Assembly (NCBI GenBank): GCA_036389275.1
Contig: DASVQE010000052.1
Location: forward strand, 33,680 to 97,679
DNA length: 64,000 nt
Direction of reading: 5' to 3'
Source: Thermoanaerobaculia bacterium
GTDB lineage: Bacteria > Acidobacteriota > Thermoanaerobaculia > Gp7-AA8
Positions 24,201-39,200 of this stretch are shown here, one piece after another. How positions within the stretch are numbered: the first letter of the stretch is position 1; every line of letters begins with the position of its first letter. The notes under the pieces were generated by a model. That model was not told where the DNA came from and made no database searches. It worked only from the letters and a program-made list of their open reading frames with translations. The translations under genes were made by a program, and so were the position numbers.

Positions 24201-27200
24201 TACGAAGTGGGCGGGCCGGGCGGCGGCGCGGTGCTCATCACCGCCCCGACCAGCGGCGCCGAGCTCTCACGCATCGTGATCGCCGGCGCGGTGCACGCCG
24301 ACGCGGGCACGCCGCAGGGCGACGGCCGCAGTTACTACGTAGGCTCCGGCGGCTCCGTGCGCATCGAGGCGAAGCAGGTCTATCTCTCGCCGAGCGCGAT
24401 CGTGACGGCGAACGGCGCGGACGGCGGCAGCATCGACCAGACCGCCGGCGGCGGCGGCGGACGCATCGCCATCGCGGCGACGGACGTGCTCGCGGTCTCC
24501 GATCCGCTCGCGCAGCTCCGCGCGCGCGGCGGCCGCTCGAACGTCGGCAATGCGTCGGCGTCGAACGTCGACGGCGGCGCCGGCACGGTCTATCTGCGGC
24601 GTCCCGGCCAGTCGTTCGGTGAGCTCTTCGTCTCCGGCTACGACGAAGCGAAACCGACCACCACCCACGCGACCCTGTCGACGCCGCTCGGCTCGATCGG
24701 CCGCGGCACGGCCACCGCGCTCACCGCGAGCACGCTCACGGATTCATCGCGCGTCTTCACGGCGTCGTCCGTCGGCGAGTTCCTCTCGCTCGGCAACGAC
24801 GCCGCGAAGTTCTATCGCGTCACCGCCGTCTCCGCCGACGGCCACACGCTCACCACCGACGGCGCCGACGGCAACATGCTCAGCGCCGCCGGCACGGCCA
24901 CGCCGGCGTACTCCGGCGTGCTGCGCTTCGACAAGATCACCTTCGGTCCGCGCGCGCTCGTCGACGTGCCGGGACATCTCGCCGTCGACACCACGGTCGA
25001 CGACAAGAATGCGATGACGGTCGACGGCACCGCATCGATCTACTTTGCGACCGCGGCGCCGCCGACGGCGCAGGTGGCGGCGAGCAACACGTCGGTCGGG
25101 CGCGGCGGCGGACTGCCGCTGACGTTCAACGTCGGCTCGACGGCGGGCATCCTGCGCGTCGTGGCGCGCTGGTCGAATGGCGCCGAGGCGTTCACGTACA
25201 ACGGGCAGAACAACACGCTCATCAGCACCGGCGCGGCGCCCACCGTTCCGGCGGACATGCCGGTCGGCGCCGGCTCGCTCATCCTCACCGCGACCGATCG
25301 TGTCGGCCGCACCGCCACCGCGACGCTCGCCGTGACCGTCACCGAGAACGCGCCGCCGGTCATCGATCAGCTCTCGGTGTGGCAGTCCGCGCTCTACGCC
25401 GGCGGCATGCTCAACGTGACGCTCTCGGCGCGCGACGACTCATCGGTCGCCTCCGGCACGATCGTCGTCCGCTTCGGCACGCAGAACCCGCTGTCGTACT
25501 TTGTGTCGAACGCAGGGCGGCAGACGCTGCTCCACACGATCAACGTTGCGGTGCCGACCACGCTGGCCGTGGGTGAGGCGGTCACCATCGACGCCTCCGT
25601 CACCGACGGCACGCTCACCACGAACGCGCCGACGAAAACGATGCTCATCGCGGCGGACACCAATCCGCCGAACGTCACCATCAACTCGCCGAAAGCGAAC
25701 GAGGGCTTCGTCAAGACCTCCAACGCGGTGCTGCCGATCGCCGTCGGCGCCAGCGATGCGGAAGTGGACGTGAACACCGCCACCGCGCGCGTCGACAACG
25801 GCACGGCGTTCCCGCTCGGCAAGGCTGCCGGCGGCTTCACCGGCTCGACCGCGCTTCCGGAGCTCGGAACGGGCGGCACGTCGTCGACACACACGCTCAG
25901 CGTCACCGTCTACGACTACGCCGGCAACTTCACGACGAAGTCGCAGACGTTCGTCGTCAATCCGCTCGGCGATCCGGCGTTGCCGTACGCCACCTTCAGT
26001 TGCCCGACCGCGAACGGCGCGATGTATCCGTCGGGCGTGCGGGCGAAGCTGCGCGTGCATGCGCTCGGGACGCCGAGCAAGACCTTCGGCAACGGCGTGC
26101 AGAAAGTCGACTTCTACGTCGACGGCGCGTCGGCGCCTGCGGCCACGGCGACGACCGCGATCACGGGCGCGTCGCAGCCGGTCGAAGGCGACTACGAAGT
26201 CGAAGTGACGCTGCCCACGAAGACGCAGGAAGTGGTGATGCCGATCCGGGCGGTGGTGACGAACGTCGCCGGCCGCTCGCAGGCCTTCGATTCGTCGCTG
26301 CTGATCGTGCAGCCGCACTTCACGATCTCCACCGATACGTCCATCACTCCTTCCGTCACGACGTACGAAGACGCGGTGGTGGCGGTGGTCTCGCCGGCGA
26401 CCGTCACGATCTCCGGCGCGCACCGCTTCAAGAAGCTGCTCGTCCTCGACGGCGCGGCGGTGGTGCAGGCGCCGACGGCGTCGCCCGATCCTCCGTATCC
26501 GGCCATCGACCTGACCATCACCGACCCGCAGGGTCTGTTCGTCTCGTGCGGCGGCCGCATCGATGCGACGGGCGCCGGCTTCGCGTCGGGCGCGACGTGG
26601 CCGGGACTGACGCCGAGCCAGCTCGGCGCGGGCGGCAGCCACGGCGGCGAGGGACGTTCGAACATCGGCGCGATCGCGTCGGCGACGTACGGCTCGCCGT
26701 TCAATCCGAACGAGCCGGGCGGCACCGCGCCGGGCGGCGGCGCGGGCGGCGGCATCGTGCGCATCCGCGCGCCGAAGGTCACGGTCGACGGCTCGCTGCT
26801 CTCGAAGGGCGGCTCGCTCGCGGCAGGCGGCAGCATCCGCCTCGACGTCGACACGCTCCAGGGCGGCGGCGCCATCGCCGCCGACGGCGCGACTTCCAGC
26901 TCCTCCTCCGGCGGCGGCGGGCGCGTCGCCATTTACTACACGAGCAACATGCTCCTGCCGCGCGAGAAGATCACCGCGATTGGCGGCGGCACCAGCAGCT
27001 CGAACGCCGGTGCCAGCGGCACGGTCTACTACCGGCGCGTCGACGCGAGCGGCGCGAAAGTGAGCGACGAGCTCGAGATCAGCAGCGCGCTGGTGTTCCA
27101 CAGCGCGAAGACGACGCTGCCCGCGCTCGGCAGCGGCACCATCAACGCGGTCGCCGGTTCGAACGTCACGCTCTCCGGCGTCGCGACACCCGGCGTCGTC

Positions 27201-30200
27201 GGCGAGATGCTCGACGTCCTCGAGAGCGACGGCACGCGCAGCGCGTCGTACGAGATCGCTGCGCAGAACGGCGCGACGCTCACGCTGCGCGCGCCGGATG
27301 GTCTGCCGGCCACTCTGGCGGGCAAGCGGTATCGCGGCGCGTACGTCGTCGATGCCGTCACCAGCGGCTACGTCGGCTGGCCCGTCGTCTTCTCCGACCT
27401 CGTGCGCACGCCGCGCATCGGCGCCAGCGTTTCCAGCGACACGCCGGTGATGTTCCACGGCGGCGTCGAGACGACCGATCTGCAGATCGCGGGCTACGTG
27501 CAGGTCGACGGCACGATCCGCGGCCGCAGCGTCGTCCTCGCCGCGAATGCGCGCCTCACGCATCCGGCGACCGATACGGACAACTCGCCGATCCATCGCC
27601 TCGACATCAATCTCGACGGCTCGCTGACGGTTGCCGCGACCGCGATGATCGACGCTCGCGGCAAGGGCTTCACCGGCGTACTCAACGGCGTCGGCCGCAC
27701 GTGGCCGAACACCTTCACCGGCGGCGCGAGCCGCACCGCGCGAGCGAGCCACGGCGGCACGGGCGGATACGACGAGCGTTACAGCGACCGTGCCGGCGCG
27801 ACGTATGGATCGGCATTCCGTCCCGACACGCCGGGCGCGGCGAACGGCCGCTCGGACGGGCAGAGCTGCCAGCCGTGCACGACGGGCGGCGGCGGCGTCG
27901 TGATCATCCGCGCCGCGGACGTGCAGGTCGACGGCGCGATCAACGCCGACGGCAACGATGGCGCGGGCGGCTCGATCCAGATCGACGCGCGCAACGTCAC
28001 CGGCACCGGCAGCATCACCGCGATGGGCTACGGCAGCGGCTATCCGAGCGCCGGCGGCGGGCACATCGCGTTGTACGTGACGTCGCTCAGCGTTCCGAAC
28101 GTGTCGGCCGAGGGCGGCTACTACCAGTTCACGACGAACCCGGACCCGTGGCGCGTCGGCGCACCTGGAACGCTGCTGATCAAGTATGCGTCGAAGAGCG
28201 CGCCGCTGCTGCGCGTGACCGGACGCCGCGCCACGACGAATGCGACGCGCCTCATCGGCGTCGGGAGCATCCTCAAGGCGGACCAGGCCACCGGCAGCAG
28301 CGTCACGACGAACAACGCATCGTTCCTCGCGCCCGATCAACTGCGCGGCATTCACGCCATCCGCGGCAACGACACGTCGCTGTCGTGGCCGATCACGGCG
28401 AACGACACCAAGACCCTGCAGCTCGACGCGTCGTCGCAGGCGCTCACGATCGCGCAGGGCGATCTCTATCGCGGCCTCTACAAACTCGATCGTCTGGAGA
28501 TCGAGAACGCGCGCGTGGAAGTTCCGGACCTCGTGACGTACGCGACCTCCGACTTCCGCGCGAACAGCACGCTGCGCACGGGCAACGCGGCGCCGCCGGC
28601 CGTCGATCGCACGCGCATCACGCTCGAGCAGACCGCGAACGGCCCCGAGGTGGTCGGCAGCGCCGGAGCGGTCACGGACGACGACCAGCCGGTGCGGGTG
28701 ACGCTCAGCAACGGCGCGCGCTCGCTCTCCACCGCGGCCATGGTCGCGGCGGACGGCTCGTTCCGCGCCGCGGTCCTCGGCCTGGCCGGCGATGCGATCA
28801 CGCTCACCGCGACCGACTCCCACCTCTTCCCGATGTCGAGCGAGCCGTACGTGGTCGGCACGATCGCCACCTCGACCGCGCTGCCGTCGCGCATCAGCGC
28901 GCAGAGCCTCGTGAGCGAGGCGAACTTCGCGGCCAGGAGCATCGCCGCTGAAGGCGCGTACATGCTCGTCTCCAACCAGCGCCTCTCGACTTCATTCAGC
29001 GACGGCGACAAGACCTCGGCGAAAGTCGCGCAGCTCAGCCTCGCCAATCCGCTGCAGCCGGCGTACGTGAAGACCATCGACCCGCAACTGCGCGGCGTCG
29101 ATCAGGTGCGCATCTTCGGCGGCGTCGGCTACATCAACGCGGGCAACACGGCGTACGGCATCAACTTCCTCGATCCGCTCGCCGCGCCCGGCGGCTATTT
29201 CTACCCGGCGGCAGGCCCCGAGTCGATGCTGCGCGTGATCGACAACTACGCGTACAGCATCGGTCCGTCGACGTACATGCCGCAGCACGAGATCGGCAAC
29301 CTCGCGTATCCGCGCTACATCTACGAGGATCACGAGCACATCCCCGGCTCGGACATTCTCCCGCTCGGGAACGACTACCTCGTGCTCGTCAGCCCGTGGG
29401 TCTACTCGTACGACGACGTGAACCAGGTCGACATCCGCATCGTCAAGCGCGACGCGCACGTCGCGAAGTTCACGAAGCTCGTCATCGACGGATTCGAGCC
29501 GTATCGCGCGGCCGTGTACGGCAACTACATCTATCTCACCAGCCGCACCACCGCCGACCTGATCGTCGTCGACGCGACCGACCGCGCCGCGCCGCAGGTC
29601 GTCTATCGCACCGTCACCCTCGGCCCGACGCGCGGCCTGGCCATCTCGGGCAACCGTCTCTTCCTCGCCTCCGATCCGGGGCTGCAGGTCGTCAGCCTCG
29701 ACGATCCGCGCGCGCCGCGGGTCATTCATTCGGTGTCGACGGGATACGCGTACGACGTGGCGGTGAGCCCGCAGGCAGCGTACGTCGCCTGCGGCAGCGA
29801 GATCGTGGTCGTGCCGTACGCCAGCGCGCCGACTCTCCTCGGCGGCCTGGTGACCGTGCGCCGCAGCGCCGACGGCACCGCCACCGTCTCCGCGCCCGAC
29901 GCCAGCGTCGTCGGCAGCGGGACCATCAGCATTCAGGCGCGCAAGTACGGAGCCGTGGCCGGTACCACGACCGCCAGCAGCAGCGGATCGTTCTCCATGA
30001 CCTTCAACGCCGCCGCGGGTGATCCCGTCACCATCGTGGCCGTCGACTCCGCCGGCCGCGAATCGAGCGCGGTCGATCTCGCGGTGCCGTTCTCGCTCAC
30101 GCGAGCCTTCTTCCGCGCCGACGACACGAAGGTGAGAAACAACTTCCAGGGGCAGCATCTCGCCCTCGGCGACAACATGCTCGTCCTCGGCGGCGGAGTG

Positions 30201-33200
30201 ACGCGCGACATGGTGGTCTACGACGTCGCCTCGCGCCGTTCGCCGCGTGTCGTGGCGACCGGGTCCGGCAACTTCAGCAACGTCGAGGACGCGGCCATCG
30301 CCAGCGGCCGGATCTACGTCGCCTCGTACTTTGAAGGCGTGATGTCGACGACCGTCAGCGGATCGACCCTCACCAACGCTCTCTATCTGCCGAGCACGCC
30401 CAGTTACGTCTACTCCGTGGCGACGTCGCCGGACGGCTACCTCTATGCGTCGTCGAGCACCGGCAGCGAATGCACGCTCACCACGTGGGACAACCGCGCA
30501 CCTGCCTCCCCGGTGTTCATCGGAACGAGCACCGTCGCCCGCTACAGCGAAGACTCCTACGTGCCGACCATCCGCCGGCTCATTCCGTACGGCAACTACC
30601 TGCTCGGCATCACGGGACGCGGCCGGTACGCGGACGACAAGTACGCCACGAGCACGCGCGACGTGTTCGTCTTCGACCGCAGCGATCCGGCGCATCCGCA
30701 GAAGGTGTTCACGCTCGACATCCCGAACTTCCGCGCCAGCGGCGGGCGGCTCAGCGGATCGCTGCTGTATGTCAGCGATGCCACCGGCAAGGTGGCGGTG
30801 GTCGACATGACCCGGCCGGACGCGCCGGTCGTGAAGTCGGTCGTCTCCGCGCCGGGCGTTCCGGTCGCGGTCTTCCCGCGCGGCGGCCAGCTCTTCGTTG
30901 CCAGCGGCGCCGCGGGTCTGTCGCTCTTCAACGTCAACTCCGCGGGCGCGCTGCAGTACGCCGGCTCGGAGAGCACGCGCAACTACGTCTACGACGTCAT
31001 CGCCGATCCGAGCGGTGTGGTCTACCTCGCCAACGACAGCGGCATGGCCATGCTCGACGGCGTGCCGTCGGCGCCGCTCTCGATCATCCGGGGCCGCATC
31101 TCGCTGACGACGGACAGCTCGACCGCGGTCACCGTCACCGGCGTCACCGAGGCCGTCTTCGGCGGCACCGCGCCGCTCACGGTCGAAGTGCGCAACGTTG
31201 CCACCAACGTCACGGCGCAGGTGACGGCCAACGCCGACGGCAGCTTCAGCGCGCCGATCGCCGCCACGCAGGGCAACGAGTTGACGGCGCGAGTGATCGA
31301 CTCGGCGGCCGCCAGCGCCGGCCCGGTCTCGCTCGGCACCGTGCCGCAGTACGTCGCCCGTCTGGCCGTGCATCTCGACCGGATCACGCTCACCGCCGGG
31401 ACGGCGATGCGCGCCATCGTCACCGGCAGCGCCGGCGCGATCACCGGTGAAGGAACGATGACCGTCGAGCTGCGCAACGTGACCGCGAACACCGTCACGT
31501 CGAACATTCCGATCGAGGCCGACGGCAGCTTCCTCGCCGTCATCAACGCGGCCATCGGCAGTTCCGTCACGATCAAGGCAACGAACTCGCGCGGCGAGAT
31601 CGACGGGCCGTATTCGCTCGGACAGGTGAGCGCGATCGAGCAGAGCATCGACCTCGCCGCCGTCAGCGGCGACGCCACGTTCCGCGCGCATCAGGTCGCG
31701 GCGGCCGGAACGCTCCTCGCGGTTGCGGGACGCAGCGACCAGACCTCCTACGACCGCGTGCTGCGCTTCGACTTGTCCAGCGGCTCGCCGGTCTTCCTGA
31801 GCGCGGTCAACGCCGGCACCGGCGGCATCTTCGACATCGGCGTGGCCGACGGCCGGATCTTCGTGGCCGGCAACACCGGCATGACCGTGATCAACGCGAA
31901 CGGCACCACCGGCATCGCCACCTCGACGGCGGCGATGGCCTCGCTGTTCATCCGCGCCTCGAACAACGTGCTCGCCTCGAGCACGAACGCGCCGCTGACC
32001 TCGTACTTTGTCGGGACGCAGACGCTCTCGGCGCAGTCGATCTGGAGCAGCTTCCCGGTCACGTCGCCGGTGCGCTTCAGCGACATGGCGCTCATTCCGG
32101 GCACGACCTCGATCGCCGCGGTGTCGCCGACGTTTGCGAACCGCGAGCACGACGTGGTCATCATCGACCTCGTCGCCGGCTCGACTCCGTCGCTGCGCGC
32201 CGACCTCGCCATCTCCGGCTTCACGCCGTGGCGCGTCTACGCAACGGCGAAGAAGCTGTACGTCGCTGCAGCGCCGCCCGAGACGCGCGTTGCGGTGATC
32301 GACGTCACGAACCTCAACGCGCCGTTCGTCGAGTCGTACATCACGCTCTCCGGCGCGATGCGCGCGATCTCCGGCAGCGGCACCACCGGCTTCGTCGCCA
32401 CGCAGTCGACGGCGCTGACGTTCCTCGACCTCGCCTCGAAGAGCGTGGCTTCGTCGCGCACGCTGCCGACGCAGGTCTACGAGGCGCTGCCGTTCGGCAA
32501 CAACCTCTACGTCGCCGCGTCGGAGCGCCTCATCGTGATGCGCGACATCGTCGTGAACGGCGCGTCGATCGACATCAAGAAGATCACCGTCGCTCCGGGA
32601 GCGGCCGGTCAGGCAGTCGTCACCGGCACCGCTTCGTCCGTTCGCGGCGAGCCGCTGCTGCAGCTCGAGCTCGTGAACAGCGCCACGAACGGGAAGCTCG
32701 TCTTCCGTCCCCGCACCGACGGCTCGTTCACCGCGACCATCGCCGCGGACGCGGGCCAGTTGCTCACGTTGAAAGTCACCGACGCCGCGGGCTCGGTGGC
32801 CGGACCGCTCGGCATCGGCGCGCTGCCGCTCGTGCCGGCGACCGTCGTGCCGCTGCCGGCGGATGCGGGCTTCACGCCGCGCACAGTTTCGGTCGATGGC
32901 AATCAGCTCGTCGTCGCCGACCGCGCCTCGCAGGGCGGCACCTCGAGCTCCATCGCCGTCTACGACGTCACCAGCGGCACGCCTTCCATCACCGGCGTCT
33001 ACAACGTCGCGCCGAGCGCGATCGAAGACGTCGTGGTGCGCAAGGGTTACGTCTATCTGACGTCGAAGTCTGGCCTGACCGTCGTCAACCTCGCCAGCCC
33101 GAACGGCACGCGCGGTCAGTACAACATGGGCGACAGCGGCCCGATCGTTTCGAACGGGACGTGGACGTGGGCGAACCGCGCGCAGGACGCGGCGATCTAC

Positions 33201-36200
33201 AACACCAGCAATCCGCTGGCGCCGACGAACTACACGACCGACTGGATCGAGTACAACCGCACCGCGACCGACCTGATGCTGCTGCAGGACCGCTACCTCG
33301 TGGCGACGTTCCTCAACGGCACGAGCAACGCCGACGTGTTCGTGTACGACATCGGCCGTTCGATCGGTCCGAACTTCGGCCGCGTCGGCGGCATCACCAT
33401 CAACGATCTGAAGCCGACGCGCGGCCGCATCGTCGGCAACCGTCTCTACCTCGGCGGCACGAACGGCGGCGCGGTCGTCGACCTCTCCGTGCCGATGATG
33501 CCGCGTCTCGTGCAGCGCTTCACCGCGCCGGCGAATCAGGCCATGGTCGGGAACGGCTCGTTCGCGGCGCTCGCCGCCGGCGACCGCGGCCTGCTCCTGT
33601 ACGACGGAGCGCCGTCCGCGCTGACCTTCACCGGCACGCAGCACAACGGCGTCGCCGTCCACGACGTGACCCTCGCCGGGACGCGCCTCTACGCGGCCGG
33701 CGATGGCGGCGTCGTCTTCGTCGACAACATCGCGCCGCTGCTGACCGCCGCAAAGATCGCCGCGAGCGTGAGCGGCAACAGCATCACCGTGACCGGCGCC
33801 GCCGGCGCTGCGGCGGGACAGGCTCCGCTGCAGGCGATCCTCACGCGCTCCGACGCGGCGAAAACCACCACCAGCATCACCGTCGCCGCGGACGGATCGT
33901 TCTCGCTCCAGGCGACCGGCAATCCGGGTGAGGTGTTCACGCTCGCGGTCACCGATGCGCGTGGACGGACGACCGACGAGATCGTCGTCGGCGGCATCAC
34001 CATCCTGAACAGCACCACCATCGACGTGAAGGCTGCCGGAGGCGCGCTCCCGCGCCGGCTCGCACTCGACGGCACGAGGCTCCTCGTCTCCAACAGCGTC
34101 CTTCCGGCGGGCGGCAAGCCGAACACGCCGCTCTCGCTCTACGACATCACCAACGCCAGCGCGCCGGCGCTCCTGCGCAACATCACCCTTTCCGCGCAGC
34201 AGGCCGACGTCATGGACATCGAGATCCGCGGCAACCGCGCCTACGTCGGCGGCGCCGACTCGTTGACCATCCTCGATCTCGACAGCGGCAACGTCCTCGG
34301 CTCGAACCTCAACATCCTGCCGGTCGTCTCGGTGCTGCCGGTCAACGATCAGGTCCTGATCACCGCGTTGTCCGGCTTCGGCGTCATCGGCTGGAACATC
34401 GTCAATCCGGCGTCGATGACGAACGTCAACAACAACGGCGGCATCGGCTTCCTCGCCACCGACCTGGTGAAGATCGACGACACGCACTTTGCGGCGGTCG
34501 CGCCGGAGCGCGTCAACGGCAACGTCGACGTGATGTTCTTCCAGGTCGGCAACAACTCCTTCAGTTGGGTCGGCAGTCTCCGCATCGACGACTTCGCCGC
34601 ATACCGCGCGAAGGTCGCCGGCAAGCAGCTCTACGTCACCGGCGTCGACGGCGGCGTCGCGGTGGTCGACTTCACGACGATGGCCACGCCGTCGCTGGTG
34701 AAGGTCTTCCCCGCGAATGCTTCCTTCGCGCTGGCCACGGCGGCGGGCAACGTCGTGGTCGCGAACGGCGACCGCGGCATCTCCATGCTCGACGGCCTGC
34801 CGGCGGAAGCGCGGCAGAGCGGCGCATCGCTCGTGACGATGTCGCCGGTGTGGGACGTGGTCACCAACGGCTCGACGTTCTACGCCGCGAGCGATCGCGG
34901 ACTCTCGATCATCGAGCAGTTCATCGTCACGATCGACGAGAAGAAGATCTCGCTCTCCTCCGATGGCACCACCGCGACGGTGCGCGGCGAGGCCGGCGCT
35001 GTCTCCGGAACGCCGCCGCTGACGGTCACCGTGCTGCGCTCGGCGGCGCCGTCACAGCCGGTTGTCGTCACCGCAAACGCCGACGGCTCCTTCGTGGCGA
35101 CGTTCCCGTCGGTGGCCGGCGATGCGATCTCGGCGAGTGTCGCCGATCAACGCGGCCACTCCGCCGGCCCGGTGACGGTTGGCCGCATCTCCGACGCCAC
35201 GCTGCTGCACATCACCGAGGCGATGGCGGATGCGAACTTCAAAGCGGGACTGGTGCGCGTCCGCGGCAACAAGCTGTATGTCTCGGGCGACGCGTCGCGC
35301 GACATCGGCACGTCCGACAAGATCGTCGTCTTCGACATCACCAATCCGAGGCAGCCGGTGTACGAGCGCACGCTCGCCAGCGGCGACGCCGACGGCGTGA
35401 GCGGCATGACCTTCGGCCGCGACGACACGCTGCTCGTCGGCGCGGGCGGCCTGCGCGTCTACGATCTCTCGTCCTCCGCCGCCGCGCCTGCGTACAGCGA
35501 CGGCAACGGAGGCACCGCGCCGCGCCTCTATGTGCGGCCGGGCAGGAGCGATCACTTCTACGGCGTCGGCGGCGACCCCGGACATCAGTACAGCTACATC
35601 ACCATCGGCGAGGCGAGCGAGCCGCTCAACCCGCGCGGTCTGAATACGCTCGCCTGGCGCTGGGGCATCGACCACAAGGCGCTGCTGACGTTCGGCAATT
35701 ACCTGATCGCGGTCGGCAACGGCTATCCCGCTACGCCCGCGCGCGCATTCGTCGAGATCCTGAAACGGAACGACGTCGACCAGTGGCCCGACACGCTCAT
35801 GCAGTCGATCGAGCTGCCGAACGTCCGCGCCGGCGGCGCGCGGATCGACGGCACCACGCTGCTCGTCGCCGACGCGTTGTCCGGACACTTGGTCGCCATC
35901 GACCTCTCCGATCCGAAGAACCCGTCGCCCGCGATCCGGACGATCGCCGTCGACACGCCCGCGGTCGGCTTCATCGCCGATGCCGGCAAGGAGTCGATCC
36001 TGCTGATGCCGGGCGACGGCATCACCATCGGCTCGCTCTCCGCCGATGGCAGCTCGTTCGTCCGGCGCGAGTCGCACTTCATCGAAGGTCCGCTCGCCGA
36101 CGTCGCCTGGACCGGCAACTACGCGTACATCGCCAACGGCGACAGCGTGGCCATCACTCCGCTCGCCGCGCCGCCGTCCGTCGACATGACCCGGTTCACG

Positions 36201-39200
36201 GTGTCCGAAGTCAGCGGCGGCAAGGCGAGCATCACCGCCGGCGCGAACGCCGTCGCCGGTGCGCAGCCGATCTCGGTGGAGGTGCGCGACCGCGTCACCG
36301 GCGACGCCGCGACCGTCACCGCGCGCGCGGACGGTTCGCTCCCGCCGGTCTCGCTCACCGCGAAGGCGTTCGACACGATTGTCGTGACGGCGACCGACGC
36401 GCACAACCTCGTCACGACGACCGACGTCGGCCAGGTGCCGATCGCGCCGGTTGCGTACACCGTGACGCCGCAGAGCGTTCACGACAACTGGTGGCTGGCC
36501 CAGACCGTCACCGGCGCCGGCGACCGCGTCGTCGTCACCGGCGACTGGTCGGACGAAGCGCTCTACTACGACACGTCGCATCCGGAGTCGCCGGAGCTGA
36601 TCGGCACGCGCGCCGACGGCACGTACCAGAGTCAGACGTTCATGAGCGGCGGCCGTGTCTGGGGCGTCGACTACAGCGTCATCCAGGCCGGATCGCTCGA
36701 CCCGAATGTCGAGCCGGTCATCCCCTGGACCGAGGGCGCATGGGGCTTCCGCAGCGCGACGATCGGCGGACGCTTCGCGTTCGTGGCCGGGTGGCAGCCC
36801 GACATCGCCGTCTGGGACTTCGCCGATCCCGCGGCGCCGCAGTATCTCGGCAAGCAGACGCCGGTGGCCAACGTGCGGTTCCGCCGTCTATTCGCGATCG
36901 GCAGCGATTACCTGATCGGCATCACCGAATCTGCGTATGACGTCGGCTACGAGCTGGTGGTGCTCGATCGCCGGAACGCCGAAGAGATCAAGTACGTCGG
37001 CCGGCTCGAACTGCCGCAGCTCGTGGCGGACGACGGCTTCCTGCAAGGCAACCTGCTGTACGTCGCCGGCGGCGAAGGTCTCGCCGTGATCGACGTGAGC
37101 GATCCGCGTGCGCTGCGGCTGCGCGGCTTCGTGGCCGGCAGCGGCGTCGGCAGAGTGCGCGGAATGGATCTCGCCGGCTCGCTGCTCGCCGTCGCGGCGA
37201 CGAGCGGCGGCGTCGCGTTCTACGACGTCTCGAATCCCGATACGCCAAAGTACGTCGGAGCGCAGAGCACCACCGGCTATGCCGACGGCGTGCACTTCAG
37301 CGGCGACTCGCTGTGGGTCGCGCAGGTGAACAACGTGGCCGTCTATCGCGGTCTCGACATCGCGCCCGGCATCGATCTCTCCAACATCCACGTCGCCGCG
37401 CAGTCCGACGGCACGGTGCGCATGACCGGCGATGCCGGCGCCGTCTCCGGCGTCGCGCCGCTGAGCGTCTCCATTCGCAACACCTCGAGCAGCCGCTCCG
37501 GCAGCGCCACCGCCGCGAGCGACGGGTCGTTCACGATCTCGCTTGCATCCTCCGGCAGCGGCACGCTGAGCATCACCGTCTCCGGAGCGAACGGCCGCAG
37601 CACCACCGCTTCGCTCGGCGCGGAGCCGGTGTACGGCGTCAGCATCGCCGGCGCTCTGGTGAAGGTGACGACGGACGGCGGCACGCTGGCCGTCGTCACT
37701 GGTGCTCCGGGCGCGATCGCCGGCCCGGCGCCGTTCACCGGCATCCTCGGCAACCTCGCCACCGGCGCGTCGAGCAGCCGCTTCTCCATCAATGACGACG
37801 GCAGCTTCGTCGCCACCATCACCGCGGCGCCTGGTGCGGCGATCACGCTCACCGCGCGCGGCGCCACCGGTCCCGACGCCGGCCCCCTGTTCGTCGGCAC
37901 GACGCCATGGACCAACGTCATGACGCGCGTCGAGCCGCCGGGGCTCGTGAACTTCTTCCTCACCGACATGCAGGTCTCCGGCAAGCTCGGCGTGGTGCGC
38001 GCCTCGCCGTACAGCCAATGGGACTACGGCACGGAGCTGTTGGCGTTCGACATGACCGATCCGCACGCGCCGCAGTTCCTCCGCGGCGCGACGCTGAACA
38101 GCACCATCTACGACTTCGCCATCAAGCCGCCGTACGTCTACGTGTCGACGAACGAAGGGAAGTTCTACGTCGTCGACATGTCCGCCGCGACCCCGACGCC
38201 GGTGGAGCTCGGCTCCGGAAGCAGCTACGCCTTCTCCGCGCTGACCGTGAGCGGCAATACGCTCTTCGCCTCCGAAGCGTGGACCGGCAACCGGATCCGC
38301 GTCTTCGACATCACCAACCCGATGGCCCCGGTGGCCGGCGCGCTCACCACGGTGACGCCGAACGCCACCGCCATCTCCGACCTCGTCACGTACGGGTCCG
38401 ACTATCTCGTGGCCGCGGTCAACAGCGGGACGCAGAACGTCTGCGTGATCGACCGCCGCAACCTCGCCGCACTGCAGGTGGTCGGGTCGGCGACCATTTC
38501 GAACACCTACTTGTATGACCTCGCACTGGCGGGATCGACCGCCTACGTGAAGACCGCCGATTCGGTCGCGCGGGTCGACTTGACGAACGTCGCCGCGCCG
38601 GTCGCCAGGTACGACGGAACGAGCATCCCCGGCAGCGCGCGCCTCGGTGTGAGCCCGTCCGGCTCCACCGTGACCGTGCCGTCGATGGGCAACTCGTTGG
38701 CGTTCGTCAATCCGGCCACGCTGCAGCCGACGACCGAGCGCACTGCCGTGCCGGTCTACGACACCTTCCTCTCCAGCGACTCATTGATCTACATCGCCAC
38801 GAAGGGTGGCCTCGCCGTGCTCGAGCGCGTCGTCGCCTCGCCGGTGCTCACCAGATCGATGATGTCGCTCACCGCGCCGACGGCATCGACGGCGCGCGTG
38901 ACCGGTCAGGCCGGCGCCGTGCGCGGCAACGCGCCGTTCACCGGTCAGCTCGTCAACACCACCACCGGTACGACCGCGACGCTCTCCATCGCCGCCGACG
39001 GCAGCTTCGACGCGACCATCGCCGCCGCGGCGGGCAACACGATCGAAGTGCGTGTCACCGACCGCGACGCGAAGAACGGCGTCGTCTCGCTCGGCGTCGT
39101 CCCGTCGTTCGTCCAGCCGCTGACGCTCGACAAGGTGCACATCACCCTCGCCGCGATCAGCGCATCGCAGGCGACCGTCACCGGCACCGCCGGCGCGGTG

